From the NCBI GenBank assembly GCA_963729715.1, contig CAVSPA010000006.1, positions 1 through 64,000 on the forward strand: a stretch of DNA of 64,000 nucleotides. Direction: 5' to 3'. Both the position numbers and the translations under genes were made by a program. This document shows positions 39,545-48,605 of the stretch, piece by piece. How positions within the stretch are numbered: the stretch's first letter is position 1; every line of letters starts with the position of its first letter. Below the pieces are notes generated by a model. The model made no database searches and was not told the DNA's origin. It worked only from the letters and a program-made list of their open reading frames with translations. The DNA is from an uncultured delta proteobacterium. Its GTDB lineage: Bacteria > Desulfobacterota > Syntrophia > Syntrophales > UBA2185.

Positions 39545-40513
39545 ATGATACCCATCCGCGGCACCATTCCATCGAGGCATTATCCCGTTGTCAACATGCT
39601 TATCATTGTTGCAAACATTTTCTTTTTTATGGTGGAGATGTCTCAGGGTGATGCGCTTGACAGGTTTATATACATCTACGGGCTTGTTCCGGCGCGTTAT
39701 TCATTGTTTCAGCTCGCGGCTCATTTCACTTTCTCAGAGCAGATGTTTTCTTTCATCTCATTTATGTTTCTCCATGGCAGCTTCTGGCACCTCGCGGGTA
39801 ATATGTGGTTCCTTTACATTTTCGGGGACAATGTGGAAGACCGTCTCGGACATTTGAGATATCTTTTCTTTTATCTCCTTTGCGGGCTTGCGGCGGGCGT
39901 TGCCCACGTATTCTTCAATCTGGACTCCACAATGCCTACGATCGGGGCGAGCGGCGCCATAGCGGGAGTGATGGGCGCATACTTTATCCTCTACCCGAAG
40001 GCGCGTATTGTTACGCTCATTCCCATTATCTTCATTCCCTACTTTGTCGAGCTTCCCGCGACACTTTTCCTGGGCATATGGCTTTTTATTCAATTTATCA
40101 GCGCAGCGCTGACGAGCGTAAATGCCGGCGGTATCGCTTGGTGGGCGCATATAGGGGGCTTTATCTTCGGCGCTCTATTCTTGAAAATCTTCCTTCTGAT
40201 TCCCGGGCAGGGTGTGCCCCGCATATTAACGGATGCTACAGTGAGAAAAGGCACTCCCAGATTGCATATGGCGCGGCCTGTACTACAGTCGGCAGAGTCG
40301 GACCTTTTTGACGTCATATATATTACGCCGGAAGAGGCAGCACGGGGCGCCAGAAAGCTGATCAGCGTTTCCTTTGGTTATCAAAAAAAGACCGTAATTG
40401 TCGGCATTCCTCCGGGTATTAGAGACGGCACGAAGCTTCGTCTCGAGGGAATGGGCAAAAAGACAAACGGCGATCAAAGAGGCGACCTTTACCTCCAGGT
40501 GTCTATAAGGTAG
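39545..40513 (+). CDS. Rhomboid protease with a C-terminal DnaJ_C-like domain
   Basis: HLAGNMWFL, GASGAIAG, AWWAHIGG; IPPGIRDGTKLRLEGMG...GDLY. Confidence 0.9.
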   Translation: MIPIRGTIPSRHYPVVNMLIIVANIFFFMVEMSQGDALDRFIYIYGLVPARYSLFQLAAHFTFSEQMFSFISFMFLHGSFWHLAGNMWFLYIFGDNVEDRLGHLRYLFFYLLCGLAAGVAHVFFNLDSTMPTIGASGAIAGVMGAYFILYPKARIVTLIPIIFIPYFVELPATLFLGIWLFIQFISAALTSVNAGGIAWWAHIGGFIFGALFLKIFLLIPGQGVPRILTDATVRKGTPRLHMARPVLQSAESDLFDVIYITPEEAARGARKLISVSFGYQKKTVIVGIPPGIRDGTKLRLEGMGKKTNGDQRGDLYLQVSIR

Positions 40514-40647
40514 ATGGATACCCTGTCACATCTTCTGTGGTGGGAGCATTTACCTGCCACTATACTCCCGTTAAACCATCCTTGTACATTATCGATTGCC
40601 AATTTATAAATTAACCGTATCAACATATCAATCGGGAGGTAGGGAAA

Positions 40648-41169
40648 ATGAAGAAAATAATTTGGGCCGGAATCGTCGTCTTATTTATCACAAGTTATGC
40701 CTTTGCCGATCAAATCACAGTGCAGATGAACCTTGTGAACGAGCAGGGTACCGGAAAGAATATAGGCAGCGTTACTGCTATGGACAGCCGGTACGGTCTT
40801 ATCCTCATTCCTGAATTGAAAGGTCTCGCCCCTGGCATACACGGCTTCCATGTGCATCAGATGCCTGATTGCAACCATGCCATGAAAGACGGGAAACATG
40901 TCGCAGCGCTCGCAGCAGGAGGTCACTTTGACCCCTTGGGGGCCAACAAACATGAAGGGCCATACGGGGAGGGACATCTCGGAGATCTGCCGTTCTTGTA
41001 TGTCGGTGCAGACGGCAAGGCAGCATCGCCGGTGCTTGCGCCACGCCTGAAAGTTGCAGACCTGAAGGAAAGATCATTGATGATACACGCAGGCGGCGAC
41101 AATTATTCCGACTATCCTGAGGCCTTGGGCGGCGGCGGAGCCCGGGTTGCCTGCGGCGTGATAAAGTGA
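40648..41169 (+). CDS. sodC: Periplasmic Cu/Zn superoxide dismutase
   Basis: Signal peptide; HGFHVH, AGGHFDP, HLGDLP, MIHAGGDNY, GARVACG. Confidence 0.95.
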   Translation: MKKIIWAGIVVLFITSYAFADQITVQMNLVNEQGTGKNIGSVTAMDSRYGLILIPELKGLAPGIHGFHVHQMPDCNHAMKDGKHVAALAAGGHFDPLGANKHEGPYGEGHLGDLPFLYVGADGKAASPVLAPRLKVADLKERSLMIHAGGDNYSDYPEALGGGGARVACGVIK

Positions 41170-41180
41170 TATTTATTTTT

Positions 41181-41303
41181 GTCATTTCGAACCCTTCGGT
41201 TTGCTCAGGGTAAACTCCGTGAGAAATCCTTGTTCCGAGCGAAGAGAGGGATCTGGTTCAATGCAGGAAAGATTTCTCAGTCGCTGCGCTCCTTGGAAAT
41301 GAC
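41181..41303. repeat. REP-like palindromic intergenic element
   Basis: GTCATTTCGAAC...GAGAAATC...AGATTTCTC...GGAAATGAC. Confidence 0.65.
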
Positions 41304-41584
41304 ATGAGAGGCGTCTTCTTCGCAATTACATGACACTCCACAAATCCATTGCTCCTTAAACGCGAGGGGCAATGGCGACAGGGCGTAGTTTTCTCGTGAT
41401 ATTAATCGTCATTGCTATAAATAATCTCAAGTTGCTTTCTCAGATGCCTTTTGGTATTTTACCCGCGCAGTTGCCTGCATAGAGACGCAACTGCTTCGTC
41501 TCCTTGTTCGGCTTCCCGCCATCGGAGTGACAAACAATATTTTCGCACATCTCTTATCATGAAAGGACAAATGGTCACGCGTAA

Positions 41585-44563
41585 ATGGCAGACAGAATTG
41601 AAATAGGATTCAAGGAGGGGGTCAGAGATTCTCTCGGGGAAAAGATAAAGAAAAGAGTCATCGAAAATCTGCACATCAAAGTCGATTCCGTAAAGACCGT
41701 TGATGTCCATACTATTGATGGAACGCTAACCCGCAAGGAGCTGGAAATGGCTGCCGCCGGCCCTCTTTCCGATCCCATTATCCAGGATTTCGCCATCAAC
41801 AGCGGCTTGGCCGACAGGTTCGATTGGATGATCGAGGTGGGCTTCCGGCCCGGTGTCACCGATAATGTCGGAAAAACTGCGAGAGAAGCTATCGAGTTGC
41901 TTTTTGGAAAATTGCCGGAGCGGCTTTCCGGCGTTCATACATCAAGGCAATATGTAATTGAAGGAAGAATCGGCAGGGACGACGCGGAAACGATAGCATC
42001 GAGCCTCCTCGCCAATGATCTCATCGAGCGTTACGTAATTGTCGATGGAAAATCCTGGGACAGGCGGAAGGGGCTATCTCCTTATGTCCCCCGTGTGATC
42101 GGCGAAGACAGGGTGCATATAGAAGAAATCAATCTTGATATGAGCGACGAGTCGCTTATGAAGATCAGCAATGAGCGTCTCCTCGCACTGAATTTGGAGG
42201 AGATGAAGGCGCTCCGGAATTATCTGAAAGACAAGTCAATTCTAAAAGAGAGGAAGAAGGCAGGCCTGGGCGGCAACATGACAGATGCCGAACTTGAGTG
42301 CCTGGCGCAGACATGGTCCGAACACTGCAAACATAAAATCTTCAATGCCCGGATTGTCTATGAGGACGAACAGGGCGCGAGAGAGGATATCGATTCCCTT
42401 TTCGACAGCTGCATCAAGAGGGCGACAAAAGAAATTAGGGAACGGTTGGGGAAGGACGACTGGTGTCTCTCGGTATTTGTGGATAATGCCGGAATCATCA
42501 GGTTCAACGACGATTACAATTTAGTTTTCAAAGTGGAAACCCACAATTCTCCTTCCGCGCTCGATCCATACGGCGGAGCCCTCACGGGAATTGTAGGGGT
42601 TAACAGAGATCCCTTCGGCACGGGCAGGGGAGCCAAACTGATTTTCAATACCGACGTCTTCTGCTTTGCGCCGCCGACTTACGATAAACCGCTCCCGAAA
42701 CGGATTCTCCATCCGAGACGCATCTATGAAGGGGTTCGGGAGGGCGTTGAACACGGTGGGAACAAGAGCGGCATCCCGACGATTAACGGCTGTATCGTGT
42801 TCGATGAGCGATTCCTTGGAAAACCATTGGTCTACTGCGGAACAGGCGGGATCATGCCCGCGGTTATTGAGGGGAGGCCCACGCACACGAAAGAGATTCT
42901 GGCCGGAGATTTGATTGTCATGGCGGGAGGCAGGATAGGGAAAGACGGAATCCACGGGGCAACATTTTCTTCCGAGGAGCTCCATGAGGGTTCTCCGGTG
43001 ACGGCGGTGCAGATCGGCGATCCCATCACCCAGAAAAAAATGACCGATTTTCTGTTGCTGGCGAGAGACCGCGGCCTCTACCGGTGTATAACCGATAACG
43101 GTGCTGGCGGCCTTTCTTCCTCGGTGGGTGAGACTGCGCGCCTGTCCGGTGGCTGCGAAATCGATCTGAAAAAAGCGCCTTTAAAATATGCCGGTCTAAA
43201 TCCCTGGGAAATTCTTATCTCCGAATCACAGGAGAGAATGACGCTGGCCGTATCTCCCGATATGGTGCAGGAATTTTTGGAGCTTGCAGAGAAGATGGAT
43301 GTGGAAGCGACTGTTGTCGGCAGATACACGGATTCGGGTATGTTCCACGTCCTATACGGTGACACGCCCGTCGCCTATCTCGATATGGATTTTCTCCACA
43401 GCGGTGTTCCCCAGATGCAGTTGCACGCGAAATGGCAGCCACGCATTTATTCCGAGCCTGATTTTCCCGAGCCCGCCGATATGGGACAAGCCATAAAAGA
43501 TATTTTATCCAGACTTAATATCTGCAGTAAAGAGTCCGTCGTCAGGCAGTACGACCACGAGGTCCAGGGTGGAAGCGTCGTTAAGCCGCTCGTCGGGGTA
43601 TGTAATGACGGCCCGAGTGACGCCGCCGTCATAAGGCCCATCCTGACCTCTTTCGAAGGCGTGGTGGTGACAAACGGCATCTGCCCACGGTATGGCGATA
43701 TTGATACTTACCACATGGCCGCTTGCGCGATTGATGAGGCCATAAGGAATGCCATAGCCGTAGGCGGCAGCCTTGACTTCATGGCGGGGCTCGATAACTT
43801 CTGTTGGTGTGATCCTGTTCAGTCGGAAAAGACCCCCGACGGCGAGTATAAACTGGCGCAGCTTGTGCGGGCCAACAAGGCCGTGTACGATTATACGAGA
43901 GCCTTTGGTGTCCCGTGCATTTCCGGAAAAGACAGCATGAAAAATGACTATAGCATCGGGAATGTGAAAATTTCCATCCCGCCGACGCTTCTGTTTTCCA
44001 CAATGGGAAAAATCAGTGATGCGCGGAAAGCGGTCACCCTGGATGCGAAGCGGCCGGGAGATTTGGTTTATATAGTGGGTGAGACATATGATGAACTGGG
44101 CGGTTCAGAGTGGTATGCGATGCATGGCATGATCGGGAATCGGGTGCCCAAAGTCAACGCGGAAAGAGCAAAAGCATTGTACAACGCCTTAAGCAAAGCC
44201 ATTGGTGCGGGACTGGTCGCTTCCTGTCACGACTGCTCTGACGGAGGTGCAGGCGTCGCCATCGCTGAAACCGCTTTTGCCGGAGGACTGGGCATGCTGA
44301 TCAATCTGGCCTTGTTTCCCTCTTCCGGTATTCGCCGCAACGATACACTCCTCTTCTCAGAAACACAGAGCAGATTTGTTGTCACGATCTCTCCCGCGGC
44401 AAAAAAATCTTTTGAAGCGATGATGAAGGGAATCGCCATGAGCCAGGTGGGGGAAGTGCTTGCGGAAGGAGTGTTGAAGATAGACGGGCTTGACGGTAAG
44501 AGGATCATCTCGGAAGATATCGGCGGGTTGAAAGCGGCCTGGCAAAAGCCGTTGAATTTTTAG
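41585..44563 (+). CDS. purL: FGAM synthase subunit PurL with N-terminal PurS-like region
   Basis: QTWSEHCKHK, KVETHNSPS, DNGAGG, SESQERM, ISGKDS, HDCSDGG. Confidence 0.95.
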   Translation: MADRIEIGFKEGVRDSLGEKIKKRVIENLHIKVDSVKTVDVHTIDGTLTRKELEMAAAGPLSDPIIQDFAINSGLADRFDWMIEVGFRPGVTDNVGKTAREAIELLFGKLPERLSGVHTSRQYVIEGRIGRDDAETIASSLLANDLIERYVIVDGKSWDRRKGLSPYVPRVIGEDRVHIEEINLDMSDESLMKISNERLLALNLEEMKALRNYLKDKSILKERKKAGLGGNMTDAELECLAQTWSEHCKHKIFNARIVYEDEQGAREDIDSLFDSCIKRATKEIRERLGKDDWCLSVFVDNAGIIRFNDDYNLVFKVETHNSPSALDPYGGALTGIVGVNRDPFGTGRGAKLIFNTDVFCFAPPTYDKPLPKRILHPRRIYEGVREGVEHGGNKSGIPTINGCIVFDERFLGKPLVYCGTGGIMPAVIEGRPTHTKEILAGDLIVMAGGRIGKDGIHGATFSSEELHEGSPVTAVQIGDPITQKKMTDFLLLARDRGLYRCITDNGAGGLSSSVGETARLSGGCEIDLKKAPLKYAGLNPWEILISESQERMTLAVSPDMVQEFLELAEKMDVEATVVGRYTDSGMFHVLYGDTPVAYLDMDFLHSGVPQMQLHAKWQPRIYSEPDFPEPADMGQAIKDILSRLNICSKESVVRQYDHEVQGGSVVKPLVGVCNDGPSDAAVIRPILTSFEGVVVTNGICPRYGDIDTYHMAACAIDEAIRNAIAVGGSLDFMAGLDNFCWCDPVQSEKTPDGEYKLAQLVRANKAVYDYTRAFGVPCISGKDSMKNDYSIGNVKISIPPTLLFSTMGKISDARKAVTLDAKRPGDLVYIVGETYDELGGSEWYAMHGMIGNRVPKVNAERAKALYNALSKAIGAGLVASCHDCSDGGAGVAIAETAFAGGLGMLINLALFPSSGIRRNDTLLFSETQSRFVVTISPAAKKSFEAMMKGIAMSQVGEVLAEGVLKIDGLDGKRIISEDIGGLKAAWQKPLNF

Positions 44564-44633
44564 CGCCCGAAACATGCAAGCCCTCTTTTGCAAAAAATGG
44601 AAGAGTTAATTTTTTAGAGTGAAGGAATGTATC

Positions 44634-45461
44634 ATGCCGAAAGAGGTTAAGTCGATCGTCATTACCGGGAACGGGACCAACTGCGAAATGGAGATGGCCC
44701 ATGCCTGCAGGCTTGCAGGTTCCGATGTTGTGGATATTGTGCACATCAGTATGTTGCTTTACGGTGAAAAAAGCCTCGACGATTATCATTTCCTTAACCT
44801 GCCCGGGGGGTTTCTTGATGGCGACGATCTCGGCTCGGCGAAAGCGGGAGCCAACCGGATTCTGAATGCGAAAATCAAAGGGAAGAAAGAAAATCTCTTC
44901 GATCAGTTTGCCAGGTTCATAAGTAAGGGTAAACTTATCCTCGGCGTCTGCAACGGATTTCAGCTACTTGTGAAACTTGGGATGCTGCCGGGTTTTGACG
45001 GCGATTACCGGAATCAGACAACGACCCTCACCTTCAATGATTCGGGAAGATTCGAGGACCGGTGGGTAAATCTGAGAGTCAACTCTGATTCCCCCTGCAT
45101 TTTTACAAGAAAGGTGACCGGCATTTATCTTCCCGTAAGACACGGCGAGGGGAAGTTCGTCACGAAGGATAAGGATATCTTAGAAAGACTTCACAGAGAT
45201 CATCAAGTTGTCGTAGAATACAGCCATGAGGATTTTAAGGATGCCACGATGGAGTATCCGGCAAATCCGAACGGCGCCATTGACGGCATCGCCGGGATCT
45301 GCAATGAAACGGGACGGATATTCGGTCTCATGCCGCATCCGGAAGCCTATCTCCACCGCACCAACCACCCACGCTGGACGAGGGAAAAGTTGCCGGAAGA
45401 GGGGATGGGTCTGGCCATTTTCAAGAATGCCATAGACTTTATAAGGAAAGAGAATATTTGA
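44634..45461 (+). CDS. purQ: FGAM synthase glutaminase subunit
   Basis: GTNCE, PGGFLDGD, GVCNGFQ, MPHPE. Confidence 0.95.
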   Translation: MPKEVKSIVITGNGTNCEMEMAHACRLAGSDVVDIVHISMLLYGEKSLDDYHFLNLPGGFLDGDDLGSAKAGANRILNAKIKGKKENLFDQFARFISKGKLILGVCNGFQLLVKLGMLPGFDGDYRNQTTTLTFNDSGRFEDRWVNLRVNSDSPCIFTRKVTGIYLPVRHGEGKFVTKDKDILERLHRDHQVVVEYSHEDFKDATMEYPANPNGAIDGIAGICNETGRIFGLMPHPEAYLHRTNHPRWTREKLPEEGMGLAIFKNAIDFIRKENI

Positions 45462-45492
45462 AACTGCGGCAAATCCTTTTCTGTAGCTTTCA

Positions 45493-45831
45493 TCAGGGCG
45501 TGATAATCCGTGAGGCGGACTCGCGCTGCATCTCCTTGGCCCGCTCAATCATATTCTTTATTGTCAGCGCCATGACTTCAGGAAATTTCTTTATGGCCTC
45601 CGGCAGCGTCTTTGCAGGTATCTGACATTGAATCGGTATGGGGCCCTGGGGTGTGACCAGTTGCGACTGTCCAATGAACATGGATTCGCGCTTTTTATCT
45701 CTGTTGCCGTCGGGTGTCACGGGAGTGAGTCGGCGTATCCACCCGACCTTCAGATCGGTGAAGGTCTCCTCATGGTAGAGATTGTCCTCGTCTATCTTGA
45801 TTTCTGGTTCTTTGTCGTCCGTGCCGTTCAT
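45493..45831 (-). CDS. Hypothetical cytoplasmic protein
   Basis: 112-aa ORF with GGAG RBS; EETFTDLKVG.IRRLTPV...SRIITP. Confidence 0.75.
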   Translation of the reverse strand: MNGTDDKEPEIKIDEDNLYHEETFTDLKVGWIRRLTPVTPDGNRDKKRESMFIGQSQLVTPQGPIPIQCQIPAKTLPEAIKKFPEVMALTIKNMIERAKEMQRESASRIITP

Positions 45832-46038
45832 GGTTTTTCTCCTTCAGGAAGTATAGAGGCTTACGTATACTACAGTGGAAATGACGTCAAATCTTATTAT
45901 TTGGAATAACTCCCGTGCATTTCTTCATTACTGCTTTTTGGAAAAGTATGAAAACTTTTTTTGTTGACAAATCGGATGATATATCTTAAAAACACGACTA
46001 GTTGATTGTTCAAACGCAAAAGGACATTGTTATTCATT

Positions 46039-46101
46039 ATGCGAAGCACGTACACCATCAGGCCGATTGGTATTGAAGGCATAATTAGGCTCATTACATA
46101 G
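46039..46101 (+). CDS. Ile-rich leader peptide of the cimA attenuator
   Basis: MRSTYTIRPIGIEGIIRLIT* (6 Ile in 20 aa). Confidence 0.8.
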   Translation: MRSTYTIRPIGIEGIIRLIT

Positions 46102-46187
46102 GAAGCCTGGTAGTGGTGTAGTGTTTCGATAAAAGCAATAGAGCAGCAAGAATCCGTTATCAGGTTATCTGGTAGCGGTTTTTTTTT
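46061..46187 (+). promoter_or_regulatory. Transcription attenuator (1:2, 2:3 and 3:4 hairpins, U9 terminator)
   Basis: TACACCATCAGGC / GCCTGGTAGTGGTGTA / CCGTTATCAGG / CTGGTAGCGG-T9. Confidence 0.8.
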
Positions 46188-46203
46188 GGAAGAGGGGGGA
46201 GCT

Positions 46204-47811
46204 ATGGATTCGTCGGATGTTTTGATTTACGACACGACATTGAGAGACGGGACACAGGGCGAGCAGGTAAATTTCTCGGCAGAAGAAAAATTACGCATTG
46301 CCCAGCGTCTTGATGAGCTTGGTTTTCACTACATTGAAGGCGGGTGGCCGGGATCAAATCCGAAAGATATGCGTTTCTTTGAGATGGCCAAGGGCGTGTC
46401 ATTCAAGCACGCGCGCCTCACCGCATTCGGCAGCACGAGAAAGCCGCATATGAAAGCTGCGGCTTGTCCCAATATAATGGCTCTCTTAGAGGCGGAAACG
46501 CCGTCCGTAGCCATTTTCGGCAAGAGCTGGGACCTTCATCTCTCAGACATCCTCAATGTATCTCTCGATGAGAATTTAGAAATGATTCGTGATTCTATTG
46601 AATTCCTGAAATCAAAAGGGAAGGAAGTCATCTTCGATGCGGAGCATTTTTTCGACGGATACAAGAATAATCCCGCTTGTGCGCGCCAGGTGATAGAGGC
46701 TGCCCTTTCCGCCGGGGCCGATATGATCGTGCTGTGCGATACCAATGGGGGAACGATGTCCGGTGATCTGATTACGATCATCGATGAGATCGTCCCTTCT
46801 GTTCCTTACCGTATCCTCGGTATTCATGTACATAATGATTGCGGCCTCGCCGTGGCAAACTCGCTTGCGGCAGTCCATCGCGGTGTAAGAATGGTTCATG
46901 GAACGATCAACGGATACGGAGAAAGGTGCGGAAATGCCGACCTCATCTCCGTAATAGGGAATCTCCAGCTGAAAATGAATAAGAGATGTTTGCCCGAAGC
47001 ATCCATAAGGCAATTAACACACCTCTCTAATTACGTGAGTGACGTTGCGAACATTCCCCCCCTCAATTCCAGGCCGTTCGTCGGCCGCAGTGCATTTGCC
47101 CATAAGGGCGGTGTTCACGTTGATGCGGTATTGAAGAATCCGGCGGCATATGAACACATCAGACCGGAACTGGTAGGAAATCAGCAGCGAGTACTGGTTT
47201 CGGACCTCTCGGGTAAGAGCAATATTGCATACAAGGCAAGGGAGCTCGGCATCGACTTGGGTGAGGAAACATCCGTCAGCAAAAATATCGTTCAGCAGGT
47301 AAAGACCATGGAAGACCAAGGATATCACTTTGACACAGCCGATGGTTCCCTCTCCGTATTGATGAAGAAAATAAAAGGTGAATTCAGAGACCCGTTTATC
47401 CTGGAGAGCTTTCAGGTAATAAATGCAAAAACAGGAAATAATCCACCCGTATCACAGGCTACGATCAAGATAACGGTGGGCGGTGAGGAAGAATTAACCG
47501 CCGCGGAAGGCAATGGGCCGGTAAATGCCCTGGATAACGCCCTGAGAAAAGCATTGATAAAATTTTATCCAGAGGTCAGCGGGATGCATCTCGTAGATTT
47601 TAAAGTGAGGATTCTCGAGGGCTGCGAAGGAACGGCGGCCAAGGTGACGGTGTTTATAGATTCAACCGACGGCGCGGATATATGGAGCACCATGGGTGTA
47701 TCCACAAACATCATCGAAGCAAGCTGGCTCGCCCTCGTGGACAGTATCCAATATAAATTGAGCAAAGATGAAGAAAATAGAAATGGAATTGTTCTGAAAG
47801 AGATTCAATAA
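46204..47811 (+). CDS. cimA: Citramalate synthase (LeuA family)
   Basis: DTTLRDGTQ, IEGGWPGSNPKD, FGKSWDLH, DAEHFFDG, HNDCG, AFAHKGGVH. Confidence 0.92.
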   Translation: MDSSDVLIYDTTLRDGTQGEQVNFSAEEKLRIAQRLDELGFHYIEGGWPGSNPKDMRFFEMAKGVSFKHARLTAFGSTRKPHMKAAACPNIMALLEAETPSVAIFGKSWDLHLSDILNVSLDENLEMIRDSIEFLKSKGKEVIFDAEHFFDGYKNNPACARQVIEAALSAGADMIVLCDTNGGTMSGDLITIIDEIVPSVPYRILGIHVHNDCGLAVANSLAAVHRGVRMVHGTINGYGERCGNADLISVIGNLQLKMNKRCLPEASIRQLTHLSNYVSDVANIPPLNSRPFVGRSAFAHKGGVHVDAVLKNPAAYEHIRPELVGNQQRVLVSDLSGKSNIAYKARELGIDLGEETSVSKNIVQQVKTMEDQGYHFDTADGSLSVLMKKIKGEFRDPFILESFQVINAKTGNNPPVSQATIKITVGGEEELTAAEGNGPVNALDNALRKALIKFYPEVSGMHLVDFKVRILEGCEGTAAKVTVFIDSTDGADIWSTMGVSTNIIEASWLALVDSIQYKLSKDEENRNGIVLKEIQ

Positions 47812-47888
47812 GTTCATTGATATTAATGCCCATTTCTGGTAAGTAATCAAACCTATAGACAAGGGGAATTTAATAGAATCAGAATACA

Positions 47889-48509
47889 ATGAAATATATG
47901 TATTTATCCATTAACAGTCAAAATCCGCAGATGCGGTTGATCAAGAAGGCTGTTGATGTCCTGCAGGATGGGGGAGTCATAATCTATCCTACGGACACTG
48001 TCTATGGGTTGGGTTGCGCCCTTTCCAATAAGAGGGGCATCGATAGGATTTATGAGATAAAGAGGAGGAGCAGGAAACGACCGCTGAGTTTTGTTTGTGC
48101 AGACCTCAAGGATATCAGCCGTTACGCCCGCGTTTCGGATTTCGCCTATAAGACCATGAAGCGCCTCCTGCCGGGACCATATACATTTATCCTTGAGGCG
48201 TCGAGGCTGGTCCCGAAGACCATCCTGCCGAAGAGACTGGCCACAGGGATCAGGGTGCCGGATAATCAGATCTGCCTATCCTTAGTCAGGGAGCTGGGAC
48301 AGCCCATTATCAGTACGAGTGTGTCGACTGAAGACGGCGAGGTGCTGAGTAATCCGTTTGAGATCAAGGATAAATTCGGTCATACCGTAGACCTGATAAT
48401 AGATGGAGGCATTCTGGTTTCCGAACCGTCGAGCATTATCAGTCTTGTTGATGACACGATTGAGATAGTCAGGGAGGGGAAGGGGGATGTATCCACTCTC
48501 GTCCGATGA
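47889..48509 (+). CDS. Sua5/YciO/YrdC family protein
   Basis: IYPTDTVYGLGC, LLPGPYTFIL, GIRVPD, IISTS. Confidence 0.92.
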   Translation: MKYMYLSINSQNPQMRLIKKAVDVLQDGGVIIYPTDTVYGLGCALSNKRGIDRIYEIKRRSRKRPLSFVCADLKDISRYARVSDFAYKTMKRLLPGPYTFILEASRLVPKTILPKRLATGIRVPDNQICLSLVRELGQPIISTSVSTEDGEVLSNPFEIKDKFGHTVDLIIDGGILVSEPSSIISLVDDTIEIVREGKGDVSTLVR

Positions 48510-48605
48510 TTATCTCGTAAAAATATAAATAGCGGCCTGAAATTGGCGGCAGCGCAGCCTCTGCACATATTTTGCGAGGCTGAGATTTAAAGAACAAGGA
48601 TATTT

